Notes: a model not told the origin generated them from the sequence alone. Shown: positions 24,424 to 33,768, numbered from the stretch's first letter. The stretch is 35,090 nt of DNA from a virus (IMGVR_UViG_2671180963_000003), one strand, 5' to 3'. Translations and numbers: made by a program.

Positions 24424-27400
24424 TGGGATTTGAAATATTAGTAGGCGCGGTTATTGCTGGTGCGTCTGCTGGGATGGCTGCTGCTGCAACATTTTCTGTT
24501 ATGACCGCAGTCGCTATCGGGATGGCTGCAGGTGCAATGACCTTGATCGCTTCCACTGTAGGCGCACCAAAAACACCGAAAGTACAAAGCCCAGATAATG
24601 CGGTGACACTAGGAACATCAAACGATCCGAAAACAGTATTACCCGTTCTTTTTGGTACTACCCGCACGGGTGCAATCTGCGTTTACAAGGCAATTTCACA
24701 GCGTGAAAATAACAAGCTGGTACAAATTTTTGCTATTGCCGAAGGTGAGATCGATCACTTTAAAGCACTGCACATCGATAATAAAAACGTTCTCATTAGC
24801 CAGAATATGACAATTCGTGATGGCATTCTCGATAAAGGAAACATTAAAGACGAATACCGCAAAGTTTTAGAAGTCGAGTTTCGCACGGGTAAAAATCCTA
24901 ACACTGCATTGGATTTAGCTAAACATCATTTGGGCGCTGATTGGGATGATCGGTATCAGGGTAACGGCATTGCGACCATGTGTATTGTTTTACGTCGTGA
25001 TGACAAATCTTTGGCTGCTGGTGTTGATATTCTCCAGCCTAATAGCCAGGTAGCGGTCGATGTTATGGGCTTAAAGATTCGTAACCTTGAAACCAATGCT
25101 ATTGAGGCTAGCACTAACGGCGTGGACCAGATTTTCCATTATCTGACAAATACAAAGTATGGTCTTAGTGTACCGATTGAAAATATTAACGTTGATTCAT
25201 TCCTGAAAGTGCGTAAACAAGTACGCCAGATGGATTTACATTCCAACGGTGCATGTGATCCGAACGCCAGCTTTAAAGAGAACTTAACTAGCCTTATGCA
25301 GACTTTCGGCGGGGTGATGTTCGAATCCTTTGGACGTATTACGCTGAAACTGGATGCTCCTGATATTGTTAAGCATACCTTCAATGAAGACAATATCATG
25401 ATGGGAAAAGTATCACTGAAAACAGGTGGCACTAACGGTTATTTCAATACCATTAACGCGATGTATCAAGAACCATCAATCGACTATTCAGAGCAAATGC
25501 TACGTTATCCGGCTGATGCTGAAAACGATGCTACTATTCGTCAAGATGGTCGAATTATCGCTAAAGATATTGAATATCGTTTTGTTAAGTCTAAAGCCCA
25601 GATTGATAAACTTGCGAGTGTAGAACGAAATAAATCTCGTATCACTCAGGTTATCAGCTTTATGACTACTGACGCATTCACCGCCGAAGTATGGGACGTT
25701 ATCAGCGTAACCTATGATGAATTGAAACTGAATAATTCACTTTGGCGCATTACTGCAATTGATCGTTCTATTGATTCTGGTATTGCTGGGATGATGACTA
25801 TCACCGCCACAGAATATAATTCTCAGGTTTATACTGACCTGAACTATGCGGCAACTCCAGACAATAGACCTACTGGTTTACCGGATTCAATGACAGTACA
25901 GAAACCGACTAATTTCAGAATTAAGGCAACTGGTGAGACAATCCACGGTAAAAACGTTACTTTGACATGGGATGCACCGGAAGATTTTAACCGCTACGGT
26001 TTCCAGATTGATTACCGTGTAAGTGGATCGCCTAACTGGATTAAGCTGGGGCAGACTTCACAGCAAATTTTCAATATCAATGCACTGGCAAAAGATCGCT
26101 CCTACGATTACCGCGTTTGTGCTTTCGGTATTATTGCTCGTTCCGAATGGGTGGAACTGGTTAACCAGAATCCTACTGTTACCTATGAATTGCCGACTCC
26201 GGTTATTCGAATCAAAAATCAGGGTAGCACGCCTGGTACTTTCGAAGGCAATGATCTGATTATCGAATGGGAAAATCAGCAACAATTAGATGTGATGATC
26301 AACGGTGAAGCTAACAAGTTTAGTGACCTGTTTGAAGCATACATTATCAAGGTAACTAACAAGGCTGGTAAGTCTATTCAGTACCGTACCCGCGATCCTG
26401 AATCATGGACTTATACGCTTGATATGAACCAGTTTAACGGCCTTTCCCGTGAATTGACGGTAGAAGTATCAGTCAAGGGCTATAACAACTCAGAGAGCGC
26501 CCCAGCGCGTTTAGTGGCTATCAACCCACAACATAAGCCGATGAAAGGTTTTAGTGCGCGTGGTGGCTTTAATACTGCGTTTGTTAGCTGGGCGGATGAC
26601 GTAGAACATGACTATGCAGGGTCAATCATCCAGTATGCAACCGATAATACTTTCTCCGATGCAAGGGCAGTGACTACCAATAGCGTTAGTCATACTTCCT
26701 TTGATTTGGCTGACGGTGATTATTATATCCGTGGTGCTCACTATGATATTTTCGGTATGGATGATGCTGTTTGGTCTGAACCGTATTTCATGCAAATGAA
26801 ATCTACCATTAGCTGGGACGATCAGGACAAAGAAGCACTGGAAGACCTGATTGGTTTACAAGATCGCTTAGATGAAACCATCGCGGATGCTATTGCTCAA
26901 GCTGGCGCTAATGCCGATGCTAAGATTGATGCAATGCATAAACAGATTACTACCGAGACAGGGCAGACGGTCCAAGCCTCAGCCGATACTCTCAAGAGTC
27001 TGATTGCTACCAGTGAGCAAGCCAGCGCAACTAAGATTGATCAGGTTAAAGCTGAACTGAAAGGCGATATCACCAAAGAAGTTAGCGCATCCGCTACTAC
27101 CCTGAAACAAGCAATTGCTACCAGTGAGGCAGCAAGCGCAAGTAAGATTGATCAAGTTCGGGTAGAAATGGATGGCAAGATTGCTGGTGTGAATCAGGAA
27201 GCAGATGTAAAAATCGATGCTTTGAAGGGAACCATTAACAGCAAATATAATCTGGCAGTTAATGCAGATGGTCGCGTGGCTGGTATTCATATGAGCGCAA
27301 CCAATGATCCGGCAGAACCGACAAGAATCATCTTTACGGCTGATAAAATCGCGGTAGCTCCACAAGACGGATCAGAAGTTTGTCCGTTTGGTATCGAAGG

Positions 27401-28199
27401 TAACAAGGTTTATCTCGATAATGCCATGATTCGTAATGGGGCGATCGGAACAGCCCAGATCAACGATGCTAGCATCACCACGGCTAAAATCGGCACAGCC
27501 CAGATTAACGGTGCTCACATCCAGCACGCCCAGATCGGAACAGGTCATATTATTGATGGCTCTATCGATAATGCTAAAATTGGTAACTATATCCAGTCTT
27601 ATAACTGGAATGGTAACGATGGATGGTATATCGGCAAAGATGGCACTTGTCATTTTAGACACGCTAATATTCGTGGTCATTTGGTGGCTGACTCCGGTGA
27701 AATGAACAACGTAACGATTAATTCAAGTTGCCGCATTTTGGGTATGCTTGATGCTAATCAGGTGCGTGGTGACTTCGTGAAAGCTATTGGTCGTCGATTC
27801 CCACATTGGGACGAAAACCCATCATTGGGCTATCCCGGTTATCCGCAAGGTACAATCACTGTTCGAATTGAAGATGATCACCCGTTTGATCGTCAGATTA
27901 TCGTTCCGGCTATTAGCTTTGGTGGTCTTAATGCGCGTGAAGGCTCGAATAACAATACTTACTATGATAACTGTCGCTTGATTGTTCGCAAGAACGGTGC
28001 TGAATTATATAACCGTGCATATGGCAGACAGACTGGATTGTATAGTGCTGTTATTGATATGCCAGCCGGACACGGACCAGTTACGCTAACTTTTGAAGTA
28101 AGTTCAAGCGCAATCAACAACTGGACTCCCAGCACATGGATCAGCGATCTTTCTGTAATTGTTACTAAGAAAGCCGCTACGGGTATTTCTGTTTCTTAA
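24423..28199 (+). CDS. central tail fibre/host specificity protein (I-J-like fusion)
   Basis: 1258 aa; hydrophobic Gly/Ala-rich N-terminus followed by VLPVLFGTTRTG, like the C-terminal part of lambda gpI; fibronectin-III-like segments; C-terminal DDHPFDRQIIV...MPAGHGPVTLTF...VIVTKKAATGISVS resembles the lambda J C-terminal receptor-binding region as recalled from memory. Confidence 0.8.
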   Translation: MGFEILVGAVIAGASAGMAAAATFSVMTAVAIGMAAGAMTLIASTVGAPKTPKVQSPDNAVTLGTSNDPKTVLPVLFGTTRTGAICVYKAISQRENNKLVQIFAIAEGEIDHFKALHIDNKNVLISQNMTIRDGILDKGNIKDEYRKVLEVEFRTGKNPNTALDLAKHHLGADWDDRYQGNGIATMCIVLRRDDKSLAAGVDILQPNSQVAVDVMGLKIRNLETNAIEASTNGVDQIFHYLTNTKYGLSVPIENINVDSFLKVRKQVRQMDLHSNGACDPNASFKENLTSLMQTFGGVMFESFGRITLKLDAPDIVKHTFNEDNIMMGKVSLKTGGTNGYFNTINAMYQEPSIDYSEQMLRYPADAENDATIRQDGRIIAKDIEYRFVKSKAQIDKLASVERNKSRITQVISFMTTDAFTAEVWDVISVTYDELKLNNSLWRITAIDRSIDSGIAGMMTITATEYNSQVYTDLNYAATPDNRPTGLPDSMTVQKPTNFRIKATGETIHGKNVTLTWDAPEDFNRYGFQIDYRVSGSPNWIKLGQTSQQIFNINALAKDRSYDYRVCAFGIIARSEWVELVNQNPTVTYELPTPVIRIKNQGSTPGTFEGNDLIIEWENQQQLDVMINGEANKFSDLFEAYIIKVTNKAGKSIQYRTRDPESWTYTLDMNQFNGLSRELTVEVSVKGYNNSESAPARLVAINPQHKPMKGFSARGGFNTAFVSWADDVEHDYAGSIIQYATDNTFSDARAVTTNSVSHTSFDLADGDYYIRGAHYDIFGMDDAVWSEPYFMQMKSTISWDDQDKEALEDLIGLQDRLDETIADAIAQAGANADAKIDAMHKQITTETGQTVQASADTLKSLIATSEQASATKIDQVKAELKGDITKEVSASATTLKQAIATSEAASASKIDQVRVEMDGKIAGVNQEADVKIDALKGTINSKYNLAVNADGRVAGIHMSATNDPAEPTRIIFTADKIAVAPQDGSEVCPFGIEGNKVYLDNAMIRNGAIGTAQINDASITTAKIGTAQINGAHIQHAQIGTGHIIDGSIDNAKIGNYIQSYNWNGNDGWYIGKDGTCHFRHANIRGHLVADSGEMNNVTINSSCRILGMLDANQVRGDFVKAIGRRFPHWDENPSLGYPGYPQGTITVRIEDDHPFDRQIIVPAISFGGLNAREGSNNNTYYDNCRLIVRKNGAELYNRAYGRQTGLYSAVIDMPAGHGPVTLTFEVSSSAINNWTPSTWISDLSVIVTKKAATGISVS

Positions 28200-28218
28200 A
28201 ATTTAATTCTAATAATTA

Positions 28219-28257
28219 ATCCCGCTTAATTCTTTTGAGTTAAGCGGGATTATTTTT
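28219..28257 (+). terminator. strong rho-independent terminator after the central fibre gene
   Basis: 11 bp stem ATCCCGCTTAA/TTAAGCGGGAT, 10 nt loop, T-rich tail. Confidence 0.7.
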
Positions 28258-28304
28258 ATCTAAATAATTTTGCCATTAAACTATATAAAAATATCGGGGG
28301 CGTA

Positions 28305-28583
28305 ATGACTGAAATTATATATGGCGGTATCGGTGTTATCGCCTTAATTTGCGGTGGATTATGGAGACTTCACCGAAATCAATTAGCAACTGAAAATAGA
28401 TTGTCGAAATTGGAATCCAGCGACGCATTGTTAAACCAGAAGTTTGAGACGATGCAGAATAACCATACTCAGATTGCTGAACGTGTTTACCAAATGGAAC
28501 AAACACTACACGGTATAGAGAAGAAAGTGGTTGCGATGGACGCTAAGTTTGACCAAGTTCTCGACATACTCAAACAAAAATAA
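28305..28583 (+). CDS. membrane-anchored coiled-coil protein (spanin-, holin- or exclusion-like candidate)
   Basis: 92 aa; N-terminal hydrophobic helix IIYGGIGVIALICGGLW followed by a heptad-like region; CGGGGG Shine-Dalgarno. Confidence 0.45.
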   Translation: MTEIIYGGIGVIALICGGLWRLHRNQLATENRLSKLESSDALLNQKFETMQNNHTQIAERVYQMEQTLHGIEKKVVAMDAKFDQVLDILKQK

Positions 28584-28603
28584 TAATAAAAGGGGTGAAT
28601 ATA

Positions 28604-28773
28604 TGAAGAATAAACTTAAGAAATATTTTGGTTATCTCTTGATTGTCGCCCTCACTTATAACGTAGCTATTAGACCTCTGCTAACGTCCTTTGGGCTTGA
28701 ACTCCCGGCTATGACCGTGGATGAACAATTGCTAAGGACACTGGCGGGGGTCTTTTCGTTATTAGGGGGCTAA
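28604..28773 (+). CDS. small membrane protein (holin-like candidate)
   Basis: Start moved to ATG 28604 (AAAGGGGTGA Shine-Dalgarno); 56 aa with two hydrophobic stretches. Confidence 0.4.
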
Positions 28774-28774
28774 C

Positions 28775-29458
28775 ATGGCAACCAGTACCAATAAACGAAA
28801 CGCTCTAAGGACAAAGAAAGCGTTACGCCAATGGACTGATAAAGCAACCGATACATTCGAAAGGGCGATAGGTGAAGGGGCGATCTTTGCTGCTCGTGCA
28901 CTCCAGAAGAAGATTAACAAGAATGTTGATAGACCTACTCGATGGACTCAGCAAGCTGTAGGTAATACCAACTACAAGAACCGATCAGGGACGAGACACC
29001 AAATCTTCATCAAGGGCGCAAGGGATAAGGACAAGAAGATCGGCAGTCAGGATGACTATCTGAAACACTATTTCGATGGGGGAAAAATCAATAAGCTAGT
29101 TCCAATCGCCAACGGTAAGGTCTTAGACGCCCACGGGAACATTAAGGCCATCAAAGGCGGTAAGATGATGCGTAACCTCGAAAACGGCAACTTCATCAAG
29201 GTAGAGAACAAGGAAGGGACTTTTATCATGAAGAAGTACAAGCCTAAGAAATCCCGAACCAAACGCGCTAGGAATGGATCGGCGGTGGCAAAACGTCGCT
29301 TAGAGAAACGCATACAGAAACAGAGCAAGCGAATTGTTGCCGTTAAATCGGATAAAATTTCTACTCGTTATTCGACGCTAGGATCGTGGGAAAGCAACGA
29401 AGCAATGATGCTTGAAAACATCAATAAGCACATTAAATCGCGCATGAAATACGTTTAA
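28775..29458 (+). CDS. basic protein, function unknown
   Basis: 227 aa, K/R-rich; AGGGGG Shine-Dalgarno overlapping the upstream stop. Confidence 0.5.
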   Translation: MATSTNKRNALRTKKALRQWTDKATDTFERAIGEGAIFAARALQKKINKNVDRPTRWTQQAVGNTNYKNRSGTRHQIFIKGARDKDKKIGSQDDYLKHYFDGGKINKLVPIANGKVLDAHGNIKAIKGGKMMRNLENGNFIKVENKEGTFIMKKYKPKKSRTKRARNGSAVAKRRLEKRIQKQSKRIVAVKSDKISTRYSTLGSWESNEAMMLENINKHIKSRMKYV

Positions 29459-29496
29459 TCCATAAATACCCTCATAGAAACTTATGGGGGTATAAC

Positions 29497-29844
29497 ATGG
29501 CTAAAAATATTTTCACTGAATTTCCTACTTATCCGGTCGATCAGCTTTCCGGTATTTTTATTAATGGCATTAGCCCAGAATCTATGACACATGATTTTGA
29601 GGCGAAGAGAGTTAAACATAAACAATATAAAGAATGTATCCGCGATCATGAAAAAGGGACCGTGTTTTGTGTCGCTACATTGGCTAAACGTCCTAAGTAT
29701 CGTTTTCGTGTCGGACAAGAAGTTGATGTGGTTAATCCTTATAGCTTTAACTGTCTGGGCGATGCACGCGCGGTGTGTGTAGGCACTGCTCCTTATTATA
29801 TCAAGGGTATGCGCTTTATTGGTTATATCTTCGAAATGATCTAA
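29497..29844 (+). CDS. hypothetical protein
   Basis: 115 aa ORF with TGGGGG Shine-Dalgarno. Confidence 0.5.
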   Translation: MAKNIFTEFPTYPVDQLSGIFINGISPESMTHDFEAKRVKHKQYKECIRDHEKGTVFCVATLAKRPKYRFRVGQEVDVVNPYSFNCLGDARAVCVGTAPYYIKGMRFIGYIFEMI

Positions 29845-29853
29845 GGGGGTAAT

Positions 29854-30207
29854 ATGTTAAGTAAGCATTTTTCTCGCAAGGAATTTAAATGTAAATGCGG
29901 AAAATGTGATTATGATACAATCGACGCTGAATTACTGGTGATTCTTGAGGATGTACGAGAGCACTTCGGTAAACCAGTGATTATTAACAGTGGCAACCGT
30001 TGCCCGACTCATAACAAGAATGTTGGCGGTGCAACCAATAGCTATCATGTTCGAGGCCGTGCGGCTGACATTGTTATCAAGGGTGTCTCGCCTGATATTG
30101 TTCATGCTTATCTTGATGGGAAATATCCTACTCAATACGGCTTAGGAAAATATAAAACCTTTACGCATATTGATTCCAGATCAAAAAAATCACGGTGGAA
30201 TGGATAA
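29854..30207 (+). CDS. endolysin, Peptidase_M15-type zinc peptidase (D-Ala-D-Ala carboxypeptidase-like fold)
   Basis: 117 aa; motifs SGNRCPTHNKNVGGATNSYHVRGRAADI and FTHID match the His/Asp zinc-binding pattern of this family; AAGGGGGTAA Shine-Dalgarno. Confidence 0.7.
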   Translation: MLSKHFSRKEFKCKCGKCDYDTIDAELLVILEDVREHFGKPVIINSGNRCPTHNKNVGGATNSYHVRGRAADIVIKGVSPDIVHAYLDGKYPTQYGLGKYKTFTHIDSRSKKSRWNG

Positions 30208-30640
30208 AACAAAAGCGCCTCTGGTGGGCGCTTTTTTGTTAGAATATGCTGGCGACGTTAGCTATATTTCTGACCATTTTTTCATTATAGACAAATATAC
30301 CGCAGATGATAAAGTGGTATTCGACGAAGTTGATCCGTCTCTGGTTGAAGCAATGAAAGAACCTGAGATCGTCATTGAAGAAACAAAAGAAGAATCTCCA
30401 GCAGTTGAACCAGTGGTCGAAGAAGTTAAGTCAGATGTTGAAGAAGCACCGGAAGTTAAAGTAGAATCTCCGGTAGCCAACATTTTCTCTGACGAAGCAG
30501 AACATCGTTCCCCAGCACATGACACTGATTCATTTTGCGATCTTACTGGTTTCCGTCCGACCATTTGTTTGATCGGTGGCGGTCGTGGCTACTACTCCTG
30601 CCCGTGGTCTTCAACCATTACAACAAATTTTTCTCAATAA
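30200..30640 (+). CDS. acidic Pro/Glu/Val-rich ORF of doubtful status
   Basis: Long open frame with a plausible acidic composition, but no convincing start site and the terminator hairpin lies inside its 5' end. Confidence 0.25.
   Translation: MDKTKAPLVGAFLLEYAGDVSYISDHFFIIDKYTADDKVVFDEVDPSLVEAMKEPEIVIEETKEESPAVEPVVEEVKSDVEEAPEVKVESPVANIFSDEAEHRSPAHDTDSFCDLTGFRPTICLIGGGRGYYSCPWSSTITTNFSQ
30214..30237 (+). terminator. rho-independent terminator after the endolysin gene
   Basis: AGCGCC-tctggtg-GGCGCT followed by TTTTTT. Confidence 0.65.
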
Positions 30641-30675
30641 ATAGTAGTGAACTTATTATTTTCGAGGACACTACT

Positions 30676-31674
30676 ATGAATACTACTTTAGCAAAGGATA
30701 TCGAATTTACCGCAAAAAGCAAACGTGCGACCCCTCCGGTCGAATATGAAACCAGAATCATTAAAGTTTGTCAAGTGCATGGATGGTTATACAGTGGTTT
30801 TGTGCTTCCTGTAAAGAAACCATTCCAGAACACCAAAGTTTGCATAGAAGTTAACGGAAAGGTTAAAACGCCATGTATTAGTCATGTTCTAACTGGTCAG
30901 TTTACTGGCAAAGATAGAGTATCACCGCCTAAGAAGAAGTTTAGATTTACCGAAGAAGAACACTTAGAAAACGCTCGCAAGTTCTACAAGCCGATAGGGT
31001 GGGATGTGTTAGGTCTGGCTGAACCTTATCAGGGTGTTGACACTAAACTAATTCTTCGTTGTAAGTGCCACGGAAAGATTCACAAGAAAGGTGATTTACA
31101 CAATAACCGCAGACAAGGCGGGTTAACATGCCCTTTGGTTAGGGGTGTACTTAAATCAATTCAGAATGGTAGAAAACAGGTTATCAGAAACAAGTTTGCA
31201 CAGCGCCCTATGCACTTTTATCTAATTCGTGTTGGCGAGAAGTTTTTCAAATATGGAATTACCACTCGCAAAGATCCGGTGCAACGGGTAAGAGAACACC
31301 AGAAGCACACCAGCGAGAAAATCACCTTTGAATGCTCACATTTGTTTAACATTGGATGGAAAGCTGGTGATTTAGAAATGGGGATTAAAAAGAATATTCA
31401 GGGCAAGAAAATCCCACGTAAGGTAATGAATAGCGGATTCACAGAAACGCTACCGATTAGCAAGCTGAAAGATGTTAAATCATTCATCAATGAATACATC
31501 CACACCAACCCATCTAAGCCAATGTATTTTGATGATACCAACGCAATCAATCTGAACAACTACATTAGTGATGAAGACATAGAACGAGATTTATCGCAGT
31601 GGATGAATGCACCGTTAGCTGATTTAACACCGGAAGACTTAGAACTCGATTTAAGCCCTTTAGAGGCTCTTTAA
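30676..31674 (+). CDS. T5orf172/GIY-YIG-like nuclease domain protein
   Basis: Start moved to ATG 30676 (GAGGA Shine-Dalgarno); the C-terminal half carries FYLIRVGEKFFKYGITT...RVREHQ...GFTETLPI (GIY-YIG-like); Cys/His-rich N-terminal region. Confidence 0.6.
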   Translation: MNTTLAKDIEFTAKSKRATPPVEYETRIIKVCQVHGWLYSGFVLPVKKPFQNTKVCIEVNGKVKTPCISHVLTGQFTGKDRVSPPKKKFRFTEEEHLENARKFYKPIGWDVLGLAEPYQGVDTKLILRCKCHGKIHKKGDLHNNRRQGGLTCPLVRGVLKSIQNGRKQVIRNKFAQRPMHFYLIRVGEKFFKYGITTRKDPVQRVREHQKHTSEKITFECSHLFNIGWKAGDLEMGIKKNIQGKKIPRKVMNSGFTETLPISKLKDVKSFINEYIHTNPSKPMYFDDTNAINLNNYISDEDIERDLSQWMNAPLADLTPEDLELDLSPLEAL

Positions 31675-31685
31675 TACAATTAAAT

Positions 31686-31710
31686 TAAAAAGGGGTACAG
31701 ATGTACCCCC
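31686..31710 (-). terminator. terminator between convergent genes (possibly bidirectional)
   Basis: GGGGTACA-gat-TGTACCCC with an A5 run on the plus side, giving U5 after the hairpin on the minus strand. Confidence 0.55.
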
Positions 31711-31748
31711 TTAAAGTGTTTAGCTCGTTATACGTCGATTTAGGCCGC

Positions 31749-33428
31749 TTAAATTCCAAATTCCTGTAATGGACCTGGTATTTCCTCTTCTGGTTTCCAG
31801 TTCTTATCTGTCAGCATGTCTAAACATGGATGCAGAACAAGCCCGTTGCTCTCCAGAATCTGCCTATCATTGATAGTTTTCAAATCAATGAATATCCGGC
31901 CTTTCCTCGTTCCTCTTGAATTTTCTATTACAACTCTCTGGGTCTTTCCATCGATGTATTCCAGTACAAACAAGTTTTTGTTTCTGTCAATCCTGCTACA
32001 CCCGATCCGCTTTAGAGCTTGCTTAATCTTAAACCGGACCTTTAGTCGTTCCTCGTTATAAACATCTTCTAAATCAAATTCTGCGAGCTTCTCCCAGCCT
32101 TGAGAGTCCACAGAATACATTTCCTCTTCTGCCATCTTGATCTGATTGTAGAGTGTTTCACGCTCGCTATTGAGGGTAGTAATCTGATCGGCTAGCTCCT
32201 TCGTTGCTCCTGTCATAGCAGAAAGGGCAATCAGGTTATCAATCTTGCGTGATATTTCATCAACCTGTACTTTCAAAGCCGGAACCGGATTAGCCTTGTC
32301 CTCAGCAATCCAGATTTTATCAGCCAGCAATTGCAATACAGCTTTCTCTAATTGATCACCTCGAAAACTCCAGTTTGGATGCTCGCAATCAAGTCTACGT
32401 GAACGGGTCGCATCACATGTATAACGATACTGGTCAGAACGTTTGTTCGTTCCCTTCACTTTAACCATAGCGCAACCGCAATGATCACATTTCAATAGGC
32501 CAATACCACTAAGCAGGGGGATCGGTTTAACTTCTTCCTTCTCTCCAAAGTTCCATGCTCTAGCACCAATATTTTTCTTAAGGTGATAGAACGTAGCATC
32601 ATCAATAACACGAGGGTAATAATCCTTTAACTCATAGTTAACGCCATCTACAGAGACTTCCTTGATACCAATCAAAGCGCGGGTATGGAACAACCTTTCA
32701 ACCATTGCCCGTGACCATTTTGAATGCTTCTTGTTGCTTACTGCTGGTGGCGGTGTATATGTCTCGTTAAGGTGATCCAGTATTTCGGCGGTTGAACGTC
32801 CATTCTTCCGTAATTCCACAATCTCCTGAACAACAGGGAAGTACACCGGATGAGGCAACACATAACCGGAAGTGGTATCAGTCCACCACATATTCTTTCC
32901 AACTTCCTCGATAGCCACTGCCGGATTTTGTGGATTTTCTTGATGAGCTTTAATCTTAATCAATGCGCTTGAGTTAGTACGATTGCGCTTAGTCTGGCTT
33001 TCCTCATTACCACGGATGAATAAAAGGATGGAGAACATCAGGTCCATCGGGTTAGCGGTAACAGTATCCAGCGAGTAGATCTTGTTATCCATGCCAGTAA
33101 CAATGGTTATTCCCCTACGGATGATTGAAAGGAATAACTCCTGCGCACTGACAATATCGGCACGGGATAAGCGGTCCAAGTTTTCAATGAATAGCCAGCT
33201 ACCAACAGGAACGGATCTACCAATTGCATCAAGGAAACGAGATAGCGCCCCTGTTTTAGAGTTAGCACCCTTAAACGCAGATACACCCAGATCCTGATAA
33301 TCATTTACCAGTTCAAGGTCATACTTTGTCGCAACCTCTCTCGCCATCCTGATTTGTCGTTCATAACTCGAACCATCATTCTGACGCATAGACGAGAAGC
33401 GAATATACGAATACAGTTTAGTTTTCAT
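31749..33428 (-). CDS. large serine recombinase (integrase-like)
   Basis: N-terminal YSYIRFSSMRQ...ERQ and DRLSR resemble the serine recombinase catalytic motifs; Cys cluster CDHCGCAM...C..C; C-terminal coiled coil; 559 aa from ATG 33428 (the track began at an upstream TTG). Confidence 0.8.
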   Translation of the reverse strand: MKTKLYSYIRFSSMRQNDGSSYERQIRMAREVATKYDLELVNDYQDLGVSAFKGANSKTGALSRFLDAIGRSVPVGSWLFIENLDRLSRADIVSAQELFLSIIRRGITIVTGMDNKIYSLDTVTANPMDLMFSILLFIRGNEESQTKRNRTNSSALIKIKAHQENPQNPAVAIEEVGKNMWWTDTTSGYVLPHPVYFPVVQEIVELRKNGRSTAEILDHLNETYTPPPAVSNKKHSKWSRAMVERLFHTRALIGIKEVSVDGVNYELKDYYPRVIDDATFYHLKKNIGARAWNFGEKEEVKPIPLLSGIGLLKCDHCGCAMVKVKGTNKRSDQYRYTCDATRSRRLDCEHPNWSFRGDQLEKAVLQLLADKIWIAEDKANPVPALKVQVDEISRKIDNLIALSAMTGATKELADQITTLNSERETLYNQIKMAEEEMYSVDSQGWEKLAEFDLEDVYNEERLKVRFKIKQALKRIGCSRIDRNKNLFVLEYIDGKTQRVVIENSRGTRKGRIFIDLKTINDRQILESNGLVLHPCLDMLTDKNWKPEEEIPGPLQEFGI

Positions 33429-33440
33429 ACCATTTCCAAA

Positions 33441-33477
33441 CAAAAACGCCCCTACCGCGTATTATAACGATAGGGGC
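33441..33477 (-). terminator. rho-independent terminator (minus strand) upstream of the recombinase
   Basis: GCCCCTA(c)CG ... CG(a)TAGGGGC hairpin with a U-run on the minus strand; the loop contains TTATAAT. Confidence 0.5.
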
Positions 33478-33493
33478 ATTGGTTAGTAAGTCA

Positions 33494-33739
33494 TTAATAT
33501 TTCTTTCCAGTTAGTTTTGCATCACGTTTATTAATATCCTCGATATGACTCCATACACACGCAGTAATAAAGTCGTCATCGTCACCAACTCCGGCAACCT
33601 GTGCTAATTCAGTACACAGTTGATTTAAAGAAGGTGCAACGGCAGCACGCTTGACACTATCACCCTGTACATATTGTTCGGCATTTGCAGCACCAACCAA
33701 ACCCAGAGCAAGAACGATACCAGCGATAATCTTTTTCAT
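33494..33739 (-). CDS. small secreted protein with Sec signal peptide
   Basis: 81 aa; MKKIIAGIVLALGLVGAANA with an AXA cleavage motif; AGAGGA Shine-Dalgarno; acidic DDDD patch. Confidence 0.5.
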   Translation of the reverse strand: MKKIIAGIVLALGLVGAANAEQYVQGDSVKRAAVAPSLNQLCTELAQVAGVGDDDDFITACVWSHIEDINKRDAKLTGKKY

Positions 33740-33768
33740 AATAGAATCCTCTTTGTTATTTGAATTAA

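Noticed and set aside
14786-27705. Assorted 60-233 aa ORFs on the opposite strand or in alternative frames within the fibre, tail tube, tape measure and central fibre genes (for example 17304-17810, 18768-19469, 21301-21588, 26979-27365)
   Set aside because: All lie entirely inside long, well-supported structural genes, have biased low-complexity composition and lack ribosome-binding sites.
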